A DNA stretch of 43,545 bases from Octopus bimaculoides (lineage: Eukaryota). The notes below the pieces were generated by a model. That model searched no databases, was not told where the DNA came from, and saw only the letters and a list, made by a program, of their open reading frames with translations. A program made the translations under genes and the position numbers. The stretch lies in assembly GCF_001194135.2 (NCBI RefSeq), contig NC_069000.1:28661979-28705523 (forward strand). The letters are read 5' to 3'. Of this stretch, positions 8,980 to 21,030 are shown piece after piece (the first letter of the stretch is position 1; each line of letters opens with the position of its first letter).

Positions 8980-9280
8980 AGCATAGCTGTGTGGTTAAGA
9001 AGTCTTCTTCACAACCATGTGACCTTATGATTAGTCCTGATGTGCAGCCTCTTGCGTAGGTGTCTTTTACTGGGCCTAATAAAACTTTGTGAGTGGATTG
9101 GGTTGACAGAAACTGAAAGAAAACTGTGAGTGGGAGTGTGGGAGAAAGAGAGAGAGAGTCTTTGTGCCTGTATTTGTCCCCCATCACTACTTCTCAACTG
9201 GTGTTGGTGTGTTTATGTCCTCTGTAACTTAATGTTTCTGCAAAAGAGGCCTATAGAAAAAGTACCAGGCTTAAAAAGAA
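8980..9280 (+). mobile_element. Degenerate tRNA-derived SINE
   Basis: Head gctgtgtggttaagaag, body gagtggattgggttgacagaaactgaaaga, and the ggtgttggtgtgtttatgtcc segment shared with other copies in the window. Confidence 0.7.
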
Positions 9281-10974
9281 AATTTGTACTTCTGATACAG
9301 TGTAAAATAAAGTGCAAAACCAACACAGAGAACTGGTGCAGGCTTTAGAATTTTGTATTTTTTGTATAGTTGGGACTTAATCCTTGTCATAATTCAACGC
9401 ATGTTAGCAAGGAGGCATGATACTGCAAACTCTTGCTCCTCACTGTGCCAATGATATCTCATTCAGCTGCAGTTTTTATGCAAATAAAAGGTAATTGTTC
9501 TAAGTTTAGGAATGATTGATCTACGTTATGTTTTTGATCAGTACAATCTCCAACTATCATCAGATATCTTATTTCTGAAGGTGTATTTGGTATCAAACAT
9601 TAGAAAAATTATGATCTGAAGATAAAATAAAATATAATCTGATAAATTGTTTCAAAAGAATTTAACAATTAGTGTTGATTACTAGCTTCCAATAATCTAA
9701 CCATGTTGCACTGTTGCTTGCATTAGCAAAACAGAAAAAGGAAAAAAGGATAATAATCATGTAAGATGGTTTAAAACCCCATCAGTCATTTTTCTAATAC
9801 AGTTATTTATTCAGCAGTTTACCCTAAAACCTTTATAATTTCAACACTGAAAATAAGAAATCTCTCACCCAAAGTACCTGTCCTACATCTATTTCAACTC
9901 TCATCATCTCTGATCTCATGTCAATAGTGTTATACAAAGAAGCCTGTCTTAACCTAGTTGAGCAATGATAAGACAGACTCAGACTAAACCCATTCTTCCC
10001 CTACCCCATTTCTCTTCTTTCTCACATTTTCCTTCACTTGTCTTCTCTTTTCACATAACACTTCATCTTAGGAATCTTATTTCATCTAGATGTCATGATT
10101 AATATGCAATGACTAACATGTCAGAACTATCTGTCTCTGATGACCTTTACTGCAGAATGACATATGACTAATACAATCAAATCTGCATCAAAGAGATTTG
10201 GGATTTCTCTTTAGAACCAGAATCTAGAGTTTTGCAACATTTTTCTTTCTTTTTCTTCTCTTGAAGCGGAGATTTTGGGGTTTTTTTTTCTTTTGCAAAG
10301 AAAACATAAGGCTAGAATTTGAATTAAGATATACAACTATTGAATAGTGATGCTTTTGCAAACTGTGTGTTGACAAGTCTTCTGAAAGTACTATTTTAAA
10401 ACATATTTGACAGAAAGCTATATCTGTCTCCCTATAGTTCATCTATATAGTCAAACTCCAAATACAATCAGTCCTTTCCTTAAAAAAGAAAAGGAATTTT
10501 TCTGTGGAACTACCCTTGTTCATATATTCTCATTATTAAATTTTGTCTTTAACTGAGCTGAGTTAATTTGAGTGAGCAAGTAAGCTTCAGTCAGTGAGTA
10601 AACCTGAACCAGTAAGGAAACTTGAGCCAATAAATAACCTTGAACCAGTAAGGAAACTTGAGTCAAGAAGATAGATCTCACTTTCTCTCTGAATGTGGGT
10701 GTGTATGGTGCATGCTAGACAGAAGCATCGCCTTGAGGTTATTGTGAGCTCACAAGGGGACAGCAATTGTCAAAGGATTTTTAGATGGGATATGTAAATT
10801 TTCTTAAAAATGAGATATGTAAATTAGGTACAATACATATATTTGAGACACATTCTCAAAAAATGAAAAAAGAACCCTTCATTAAGATAAAAATATGAAT
10901 ATGAAGTACACAGTGTTATGAGTAAGAGTAAACACGAATGATGATGCATCAAAATCTAATGTCCTTTTCTAATA

Positions 10975-11735
10975 TACAAGGATGGGCTGAAAAGTTCATA
11001 GGCTGACTATGAAAGAGTGATGCTAGACCTGTGAAATCTTGCATTAATTTCAACTCTATTAATAACTGCGTTATTTCTTTCCAGATAAACTGACATCTGA
11101 CTGTTCAAAGAAGACTTCAAAAAATACCTAGTAGTGACTTCTCTTGAAAAAGCAACAAAATTTGATAGAAAAAGATGCCAACATGGTTACTACATTAAGG
11201 GATGACACTCCAGCTTTATCAACAATTTGAAATTGGGGAGCTGAATTTAGGAGGGGAAGGGGAAGTGTTGAAGATGACCCAACGTATAGACATCCTGCAA
11301 TTGTCACAACTGAAAAAATATTGATCATGTTCACCACATGGTGATGGATGACAGGTAACTGACTATAAAGTAAATAGCCAATGCTATTACTATATTCTTT
11401 TAGAGAGTTGCGAATATTCTGCACAATGAACTTGCATGATGAAGGTTTTTACTTGGTGGGTACCATGTCTTCTGACATCTGATCAAAAGTGCATCAGGCT
11501 GATCACAACATGGGAAAATCTGACAGATCCAGCTGGTTTCCTTGAACATTTTTTAAGCCAAGATGAGTGTTGTCTTCATTGCTTTGAGCCAGAGACAAAA
11601 AGACAATCTGTGTGGTGGAAACCTCTTTCTCCACTCATGTGCTCCAAAGAAGTACAAGGTCATTTCATCTGCAGGGAAGGTGATAGCCTCAGTTTTTGGG
11701 GGTGCAAATGGTATTGAGTTTATCAACTATCAACA
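10975..11735 (+). mobile_element. Mariner (irritans/Himar1-like) transposon, 5' part, degenerate and 3'-truncated
   Basis: TA followed by a TIR-like caaggatgggctgaaaagttcataggctgac. Translated pieces WWVPCLLTSDQK (WVPREL motif), SQDECCLHCFEPETKRQS (first catalytic Asp region) and KVISSAGKVIASVF. Confidence 0.8.
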
Positions 11736-12224
11736 AAATCAGCTTCTGTTTGTTTAAATTTTTAAATTTTTTGTAAAATATAGGATGGAGGAAGGTTTTT
11801 TTAAAAAACCTTTTTGTGAAAGGGAGTTGCTAAGTTAGAAAAAGTTGAGAACCCTTAACTGTTACATAACCATATTTCTAATGAGTACATGTACTCTAAT
11901 GAATATTCAATACAATCAAAATTTTGGAGGGATTTAGCAAAAAATTTGTAACATTATACATATATTATGTTTGTGTTGATCAACTGAATTTTGTGGTATC
12001 ACTCATACTGTAATGAGACTTTAACAACAATTCTAATTTAGATATCAACACTTTAGTATGGGCGGTGGCACACACATTAGTATTAAAAGAAATATTTGTA
12101 TAGCCTGTTTTAGTTTTTTTTTTTTTTTTTCTCAGGAAATTCTACATCACCTATATAAACAAAAAGTCGTCACTGCCGTTGATATCACTACCGTCATCCT
12201 CCTCCTCCTCTGTATCATCATCAT

Positions 12225-13190
12225 CATTGTTATCATTATTCATTTAACATCAATTTTCCATGCTGGCATGGGTTGAACAATTTTATGGGGTCTGGCTTGC
12301 TAGAGCTGGATGTCCTTCCTAATGCCAATCACTTTCCAGTTGGTACTGGGTGTTGTTCCATGCCACTAGTACTAGTGAGGTTGCCAGCTAACTTGCAGGA
12401 CAGAAAAAGAACAGGAGTTGGGGAGGAAGAAAAAAAATAAACAGAAAGACAGAAAGACATATGACTAAGTGGAACAAAGATTTGAGAAAGAGAGGTAACT
12501 TTATGCCAGATTTTGAGAGGCTAAAGTATGATAGAGGGACAAACACAGGAGTTTTGACAGAGAGAATATATATGGTTATCCAACCCTTGGGAAGATGATA
12601 ATGATGGCAGTGATGGGGTGCCAGAGCAAACTCTCAAGGTACAAGGTGAGCAGAAAGGAGGATACAGACAGTGGATTGGGGGAAGGGGAGGCAGTTTTAT
12701 GAGAGTGTGAAGGGAGAGTAACAGATGGCAAAAGGCAGTGGAGTGGGGAAGGAGATGAATGTAGTTAGTAATGAACAAAGGTAGAGATGTGGTTGATGGG
12801 AAATATTAGTATGAGGGGAAGGAATAGTGAGGAAAGAGGATAGATCAGAAGGTGAGAGGATGGTGTGCAAAGTGTAAAAGCAGTAGAGGGGGAGATGTCA
12901 GGGGTGGCTATAGTGAGTGAGGTTTGATGGAGGATATGAAAAGGTGTTGAAAATGATAGCAGATATGCGAGGTGTTAATATGGAATATGGTAGAGAAGTG
13001 AGGTAACTGAAGGCACAGTAAGGAGGTGATTGGTGAAAACGATTGGAGGTGGGCTAGATCATGAGAATAAAAGGTGAAAAGGTTTTGGCAATGGGAAGGT
13101 AACTTGTAGTACAGAGAAAAAAGCAGGGAGGAGTGATATGTGCCAATTTTGCTCTCAAGTGGTTACAGCCACCGAGGAGTGACATAAATA
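12225..13190 (-). mobile_element. Putative internally deleted RTE derivative (5' UTR-like segment joined to a 3' tail)
   Basis: An RTE tail in minus orientation at about 12225-12400 (catttaacatcaattttccatgctggcatggg, ggatgtccttcctaatgccaa) is followed by about 750 bp of purine-rich DNA ending in tcaagtggttacagccaccgaggagtgac. I recall that end as resembling an octopus RTE 5' terminus (unverified). Confidence 0.45.
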
Positions 13191-13309
13191 GAGAAGTGAT
13201 GAAAGGCAGAGTGTTAGAGGAATGAAATGTGAGGAATATTTGATGAAATAGAATGGGTTACAAGCATAAACAAAATGCTTTTTGAATGTCATTTTTTGCT
13301 ATGATGGCC

Positions 13310-14345
13310 AGTCTTCTTGAGCGCTGCAAATTGCCAACCCGGTCATACCTTTGTCATCTCCTCTGAGAGGCTCAGCATCTTGAAATCAGCCCTCACTACT
13401 TCACTTCATGTCTTCTTGGGCCTTCCTCTTTCATAAATACCTTCCACTTTAAGTGACCAATTTGCATCACATGACCAAACCAGTGCAGACTTCTCTCTTG
13501 CACACTATATCTCTCAATACTCCAGCACTTTACCATACATGTACACTGATGTTGCACATACAATGGAGCATACTAGTTTCAATCTCCCTAATTATCACAT
13601 GTCCTCTGCATTCACAGCTCACATCTCAATACTATGTACCATTGGTGTTTGTACATCAAGGAGAGAGAGAGAGAGAGAGAGAGTGAGTGAGAGAGACCTT
13701 TTGTAGCCAACAGAGGTAACAGTTCTCTGAACATTTTCTATCATATTCTTATTCTAACAACTATACTTTCAGAACATCCTCTTCTGCTAATTAGGCAATT
13801 GAAACCATTTATGACCTCTAGGGAACCTCCAGAACATTTGAGAAAATATATTTCCCATGTGTCTTTAGTATTTATTACTCTTGCACATCTTCCATACACA
13901 AAGACTACTTTCTCTGTTAACCTTCCTACAGCACCTTTTGTGTCCATAATTTGCACTAGGTAGCACTTCCATGTCTCGTTCTTTTCAGAATCAGCAAGTA
14001 CAAGCTTTTCATTATCTATCCATACACACTTCTCTCTCATAACTTGATTCTCTCTTATACACTGTCTTGCAATCTAAAACACCAGACACCTCAGAAATTC
14101 ATGCCATAAGATGCTGGCAGACCTCTTTTTGCTTTTGTTCTTGTTGAATAATGTCATCCTTATTCTCACTCTTTCCAAGCCTCACTATTCCACCATCATG
14201 TCACCCTTCGTCTGGCTGAAACTTTGTCCCAGCCATAGATTTCATCAGCTGCTCTCAGTAGATTGTCACATAAGAACTTCTAGTTGTCCTGTGAGTTATA
14301 CATTACTATCTCCTCCCTATTCTAGTCAAATGCTTCAGTTAGAAC
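13310..14345 (-). mobile_element. Old, heavily decayed RTE LINE fragment with internal deletion of the RT core
   Basis: ORF 13741-14040 contains MREKCVWIDNEKLVLADSEKNETWKC (pre-RT region) followed almost directly by GSLEVINGFNCLISRRGCSESIVVRIRI, homologous to LEVVDNFCYLG...GCTESVAARIRI of the 5868 copy. Minus-strand WFGHVMQ and GRPKKT remnants lie at 13400-13500. Confidence 0.75.
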
Positions 14346-15275
14346 ATCTATAAATTTCTGAGTGTTTGAAGGATCCCCCCTTTTTGAGATAGGTTTGCAC
14401 CACTGAGTCCACCTAGCCCTAACTCTGAAGTCACTAACTGCTAACCTACGTTGAGTTGAACATTCTTCACAAGGGAAAGACTTCACAAGCATCTGCCTAT
14501 CCCTCTTTCTGATGAGAATGTAATCAATCTGGCTTGTGTGCCCACCAATTGATAGATGATCAGGTGATTGGCTGGTTTCCTGAAGTCAGTGGTGCAGATC
14601 AACAAGTCATTTGTTGATCAAAAAGTCATTTGCCTCATGGAACTCCAGTAGTTTTTCAATATCTCTAAGATCCCATAATCATTGTGTCTTTTTTGTTTTA
14701 TCTAGGACTACATTGTTTAAGTGTCTTTTTTAAAAAGACACTTGGGTTTGATTGATGGAGATTTAGCTGTAATTTCTAGCAGGTTGCATGATCACATAAA
14801 GGCTCCTATTTTGTTAAACGCCTCATGTATGTGTGAATGCTTTATTCCATGAACTACTCAGCTAGATAGCTATGTCACTAAAAGAAAAAGAAAAACCATA
14901 CAAGCATAAAGATATGCCAACATTTTGAATATTAACACTATCTTACTTTAACTTTATATTAATTAAGCTGTAAATGCCCCTAGGTGCTAGAAATTGTAGC
15001 TAAATCTCCTTCAAATCACACCATACCATCTTAGAAAAGATTACATTGGATAATGAGGACATTAGTTCTTCAACTCTAAAGTTTTATTATTTGCAAGTCA
15101 ACAAAAAAGAACCTATGCTTGAAACCACAATAATGTTGTTTAAAGCAGTGTTATCAGAAAAAAAGAATCTGGCTTCCTTGTCTGTTTCACCCTGTCTTTA
15201 CTAGGCAGAGTATCAACAAAACAATGGTACAAAGTGAGATAAAAAAAAGATTACTCTTGATAAAAGATAATGAAA

Positions 15276-15498
15276 TTTGTGGTAAAGATTGTTTGCCAAC
15301 ATAACATGGCAGTCCTGGTTTAGGATGAATGTTGCTGTAATTTAGCCCCAGGAGACATTGTCTCCAGCTGGCTATACGACATGATCTGTGTCCTTATATT
15401 TTTGTGGGGGTGCTAGATTCCCTTGTTCGAAAATTACAGTAACATTCGTCCTAAACTAGGATTGCCATGTCATGTTGGCAAACAATCTTTACTACAAA
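15276..15498. mobile_element. MITE-like fold-back element with 68-bp terminal inverted repeats
   Basis: 15276-15343 is the near-exact reverse complement of 15431-15498 (tttgtggtaaagattgtttgccaacataacatggcagtcctggtttaggatgaatgttgctgtaattt), with an 87-bp core. No clear TSD. Confidence 0.75.
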
Positions 15499-15971
15499 GT
15501 ACTGTTGCTGAATATCTCATGTTGTGAGATTTAAAAATAGTAATTTTATAATGAAATTTGCTGAATACTGAATGATATAAAAGGTTCAGCTTTACCACTG
15601 ACTGAGTTTATTGGTTTTGCATCCCATCACTAAAGCAAGAATCAAGAACTTAAATATGTACATTTTCTAAAATGGAATCATTTCATCATGTCTGTTTGAT
15701 CAGGATGGAGTGATCTGGGGTTCATCAACAACAGTAACAAACTCTTTGTGGGTTGAATTCAGATGTATATGTGTGTGTGTGTATACACGCACACACACAT
15801 GTATGTGCTCACCACATATATATATATTCATATAACTATCTCCCTCTCATTAAGTGAAAAGCGCTTTATTTAATATGTGACATTAATAAAAATCTGTAAA
15901 TGTACAAACATCCAGATTTCTGAGTACCTTAATTTTTTTCTATATAATTTCTGTACATCACCTCCAAACCT

Positions 15972-16020
<49 letters not shown>

Positions 16021-16024
16021 TATA

Positions 16025-16343
16025 GGCACAGGCATGTCTGTGTGGTTAAGAAGCTTGCTTTGCAACCATGAGGGTTGGGTTCAGTCCCACTATTCAGCAT
16101 CTTGGGTAAGTGTCTTCTACTAAAGCCCTGGGCTGGCCAATGCCTTGTGAGTGAATTTGATAGCTGGAAACTGTGGGAGCCCATCATGTACATATATGCG
16201 TTTGTGTATATATGTGTTTGTGTTTGTCTCACATCAATAAGTACCAAACTTAAATAAAAATTAAGTACAGGAGTTGATTTGTTTGACTAAAACCTTCAAG
16301 GTGGTACCCCAACATGGCCACAATCCAATGACTGAAACAAGAG
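16025..16343 (+). mobile_element. tRNA-derived CORE-like SINE, near full length
   Basis: Head ggcatgtctgtgtggttaagaagcttgct, B-box-like gggttcagtccc, CORE-like cttgggtaagtgtctt, tail catggccacaatccaatgactgaaacaag. Confidence 0.8.
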
Positions 16344-16345
16344 AC

Positions 16346-16384
<39 letters not shown>

Positions 16385-16816
16385 ATACACTCACACACAC
16401 ACACCCAACCCATACCCCCCCATACATACGTATACACATACCTACACATACAATGCTTAAAACACCTATTTAAGAATATAGAGGGGGGGGGGCGGTTATT
16501 AAAGCAATCTATATTCTTCTCTTCAGTCATTCATATATATATACACACCAAGCAAGATCTGTTCATATACAACAGAATCTTACGACACCTTACACCCACC
16601 ACCAACGCATAGATCCACTCCAACCCCAACCTTAATCTACCCCTTTGTGCTTGACTAAATAACTGACATTTATTCATGCTAATTGAAAATATTCAAGGGT
16701 CATGATGGGGCATGGGATCCTGGGATTGGGGAATGAAATGCCTCAATATGATAATAAATTCTTTCTGGTAGGCCCCTGCATTGCAAACAAATCATCATCA
16801 TGAAGCTACTGAATGG

Positions 16817-17123
16817 GACTTATTCTTTGTAAGCCTAGTACTTATTCTATCGGTCTCTTTTGCTGAACCGCTAAGTTATGGGGACATAAACACACCAGCA
16901 TCGGTTGTCAAGCAATGCTAGGGGGACAAACACAGACACACAAACATATACACATATATATACATATATACGACGGGCTTCTTTCAGTTTCCGTCTACCA
17001 AATCCACTCACAAGGCTTTGGTCGGCCCGAGGCTATAGTAGAAGACACTTGCCCAAGGTGCCACGCAGTGGGACTGAACCCGGAACCATGTGGTTGGTAA
17101 GCAAGCTACTTACCACACAGCCA
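16817..17123 (-). mobile_element. tRNA-derived CORE-like SINE, best-preserved copy, lacking the extreme 3' tail
   Basis: Minus strand reads ggctgtgtggtaagtagcttgcttaccaaccacatggttccgggttcagtcccactgcgtggcaccttgggcaagtgtcttctactatagcc. Confidence 0.85.
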
Positions 17124-18228
17124 CAGCAACATAAAGCAGTGGAGATCGAAACAAAGATGTGTACACATAATTTCAATATACCCCTGCAAATCAGAACAAG
17201 AACTGAGATAAAATTTTTCTCTATCAACTTCATGTGTAAAAACAGATAAAGCTGAGCTCCATGTCATGTGACATCAGCAAACCCCAGACATGGTGTTTCA
17301 AAATGATGTTTGCCTCTTCAGTAGTAAATAATGTCTTGGTTATTTGGATCTGAGCCTGAACTTCTATTTTGGTAGTTCACTGATTTCACATGGAGCTAGG
17401 CCCAATGTGTTTTTATACACAAAACTTATAACAAAAATATTTTCTTAGACAAAATTTCTTTGTGTATGTCTTTCCTGTTCTAGTATACAAGACTGCACAT
17501 GTCTTCATATGAAGTTTTTAATAATATAAAGTATGTATTATCTTTGATGAGTTTTTTTTTAACAAAGATGAAAGTGATCAGTTCAATTCCTATTTCAAAC
17601 TAAAAAAAGGCCACAGAACATAATATTTAAAAGGCTAAAAATATAAGTTTATTAGACATAATGATGTGACACTGTATAATGTATTTATACTACAGTGTGT
17701 AGTGAGTACACACACACATTAGATATATAGACAAAGAGAGAGGGTGGTAAAGAGGGGGTACAAAGAAATTTGTATACAGTATGTTGTGTAGCAAGAACTA
17801 GATAGAACTGCTCTTTCTTAAGGGGGTAAGGTGTGATTTAGGAGTTATTTCTAGCAAACTGAGCAACTATGCAGAAGCACTCTCACTGGTTTCAATGGAT
17901 CCTGTTTATTATTAATTCAATAAGGCACACATACAATAACAACAGTTTAGGGAGAAGGATTGCAATGAAAGCAAAGTATAGCCATGACCGGAGAATAGGC
18001 AGCAAAGCAACAAGCAACTGTTCCTTTGTAACTAGTTACAATGACAACGAACACACCCTCTACTCACTGCATCTCATATCCATATCCAATCAACTTCTCT
18101 ACCATAACTACCACTACCAAGAACACCCCTAAGGCTATCACTGTTATTTAGCAGTAGCAGCAGCAGCACCATCACCACCAACATCATCACCATGGGGGGA
18201 GGGGGGGGCTACAAGAGTTTCTCTACAT

Positions 18229-18416
18229 CAGTGGTTCTTAATCAGGGTTCATATAAAATTTTGTTAAAATTTATCTGAAATATATTGGCTACACCTCTAC
18301 AATTACTAATGATATTTGATTATAAAAATATAAGATTTTATTTAGATATCTAATGGCTATGAGGGCCAAGCGGAGTAAAATAGAAATCAAAGGGGTGAAA
18401 TGGTGAGGAACCACTG
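18229..18416. mobile_element. hAT-type MITE
   Basis: TIRs cagtggtt...aaccactg. Flanking 8-mers ctctacat and ctctacag match at 7 of 8 positions (TSD). Confidence 0.75.
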
Positions 18417-18549
18417 CTCTACAGTCACTAGACCTGCTTGAAACAAGGTCAAATCACCCTCATCATAGAATACACTGGATAATGTAGTCCAGGATAGTCA
18501 CAGTTGCTATGCTTCTGACCATAGCCACAATGATCACCACCATCATTAC

Positions 18550-19047
18550 CATGTGGCTGTTGGGTAAGAAGCTTGCTTCACAACCACATGATTCCAGGTA
18601 CAGTCCCACTGCATGGTACCTTGGGTAAGTGGGATCTTTGTAGTTATCGTCACTGCATGTCGAAATCTTAAAAATAATTTTTTATTGCAATACACTCAAG
18701 GATTTTATAAAATAAATGATCTTTCTCATATCTCCTTCTCCACATAAGTTCACAAAGATAAGAGTCAACCATGGAACAGTGTGTCCCACACCCGCATTTA
18801 TTTCCATGCTTTAAAGATGCTCAGGTACTCTCAATTTGTTGATTACACTCCTTGTGCGTATGCGCAGCATCTTTGGTTACTACAGAAACAGAGTTCTTTG
18901 CAATCAGCTATGGAACACGTGGTGCCTATTTGCTTAATATACTAACAGAACTTCGCGGTGATGTGCAAAATACTTGCTTCTGATTGGCTAAAATAACCAA
19001 ATTTTGCAAATTTTAAAGGCTAATAACTTTTCAATGATGAAGCTTGT

Positions 19048-19091
<44 letters not shown>

Positions 19092-19200
19092 ACGGCCACT
19101 TGACGACCGCTGTTGGTGTGTTTATGTCCCTGTAACTTAGTGATTCAGCAAGAGACCAACAGACTTAGTACATGACTGAAACAAGTAAAAGATAAAAGGT
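18550..19200 (+). mobile_element. SINE interrupted by an unidentified insert of about 400 bp (18632 to about 19035)
   Basis: The SINE head ends at ...ccttgggtaagtg (18631). The SINE body and tail resume near 19036 and run to gactgaaacaagtaaaagataaaag. Confidence 0.65.
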
Positions 19201-19575
19201 AAAAGATTATTACCATGCCTAGCTGTGAGAGAAATAAGAATGTAAACATGCTTTTGATGTGAGCAGAAAAATTAAGAAGGCAGAAATATCCAGATGAACT
19301 CTCACAGTTTGTTAACCACTCTTTAAAAGACGTAAATGGTTTCCATCCCTAGTAATAGCATAGAATATTCATCATCCTCATCATGTCCATTTTCCATACT
19401 TGCATGGGTTGGACGGTTCAATAGTTGGCCAGCCAGAGAGCTGTCCAGGTTTCATTTATCTGTTTTGGCATGGTTTCAATGGTTGGGTGCCATTCCTAAT
19501 GGCACCCAACCATTACAGAATGTGTTGGCTGCTTTTGTATGGGTGCTTTTATGTGGCGCCAGCATGAGTACTTTT

Positions 19576-20771
19576 TATTGGGTCATCCCATATATAATGC
19601 ACTGTTTTCAATTGCTTGAACAAAAAGTTGGAGGGGAATGGGATAAACTACCTGCATCAACTTGCTATAAAAGCAGGTAGTAATTTTACTTTGTCCTTAT
19701 TCTTAGTGCAAACTTTGAAGGGTGCAGTTTTAACAGTTATGTTTTCAAGTGACAAAGGAGCATATTTGGCATATTTTGCTTTATAAGTTTAATAAAGGCA
19801 ACTATGCAATGGAAAGTGTGAGGAATATTAATGCAGTATAGGAGCATTGGACAATAAGCGTAAGCCAGTGTCAACGGTGGTTCCAGAAATTCCAAGCCGG
19901 AAACTACAGCCTCGAAGATGAGCCTTGTCCTGGAAGATCTGCAGAGCTCAATGAAGACGTTCTGCAAACCCTGATGGAACAAAATCCCATCGTAACTATT
20001 GAGGAACTAGCAGAGAAGCATGGATTTGGTCATTCAACCTATCATCGACACCTGCGTGCCATCGGAAAAGTCAACAAATTAGGTCAATGGGTTTCCCACA
20101 AACTTTCCAAGTATAATTATATGCAGAAAGTAAATGTGTGCTCCTCTTTGCTATCATGTCCCACGAATGAATCTTTTTTGGACCGAATAGTGACTGGTGA
20201 AAAGAAATGGAGTCTATAAAAATGTCAAGCACTGAAGACAGTGGGTAGGGAAAGAAGAAGCACTAGCACCCCTGGTTAAAGAAAGCCTTCACCCACATAA
20301 GGTGTTGTTATCTGTTTGGTGGGATATGAAAGGTTTAATCCACTTTGAACTTTTAAACCCAAACCAAATGATAACAAAGGGAGATCTACTGCGAACAGCT
20401 TGAGCGGCTTATGACCATCTTTTGTTTCAAGAGGATGACATTCCAAAAGCTGGAGAAGTTTGAATGGGAAACAATGCCCCACCACTCCCACCATATTCAC
20501 CAGACATTGCCCCATCTGATTATCATTTATTCTGCAGTCTTCATTTGGACGGAAAAAATATGAATTCTGTAGATGAGGTAAGAACAGTTCTGGAGGAATA
20601 TTTTTCATCACGGACAAGTGAACTTTGGAAGAGGGACCTTGCAAATCTACCAGATAGTTGGAAGAGCATTGTAGAAAGTGTATTTTAGATTATAAAAGAA
20701 CTTTGTTTATCTTAATTTTGAAAAATAAAAGAAGTATAAGAAAACCACATTATTAATAAGATGACCCAATA
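19576..20771 (+). mobile_element. Near full-length decayed mariner transposon with both TIRs and TA TSD
   Basis: TIRs TA-ttgggtcatcccatatataatg and cattattaataagatgacccaa-TA. Transposase pieces QRWFQKF, GQWVSHKL (WVPHEL), DRIVTGEKKW and PPYSPDIAPSDYHLF, with several frameshifts and stops. Nested in a minus-strand RTE tail repeat (about 19370-20810). Confidence 0.9.
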
Positions 20772-20919
20772 CATGGCACCAGTATAAGTGCTCTTTATAT
20801 GGTGCCGACATAAAGGTCTGGTGTCTAATTCAGCCATAAATCAGGCTAGCACTGTAGTTGATAAATTAATTTGCATTTTACATGATTACAGATAGTTAAA
20901 TAGATTAAGAAGTTGAAGT

Positions 20920-21030
20920 CTGAGATGTGCTACCAGGGTATGGCATCTTGAACAAGTGTCTTTTACAATGGCTTCAGGTCAACCCAAGCCTTGTGAGCAC
21001 AAGTGGGTAGATGGAAACTGTACGGAAGAT
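20920..21030 (+). mobile_element. SINE head/CORE fragment
   Basis: ggcatcttgaacaagtgtcttttacaatggcttcaggtcaacccaagccttgtgag...gtagatggaaactg. Confidence 0.65.

Noticed and set aside
10605-10662. Small tandem duplications (36-bp period here; about 34-bp period at 39005-39080)
   Set aside because: Two-copy local slippage events with no sign of function.
16025-17123. tRNA genes
   Set aside because: The tRNA-like boxes are SINE heads that continue into CORE-like bodies; no cloverleaf or acceptor stem is evident.
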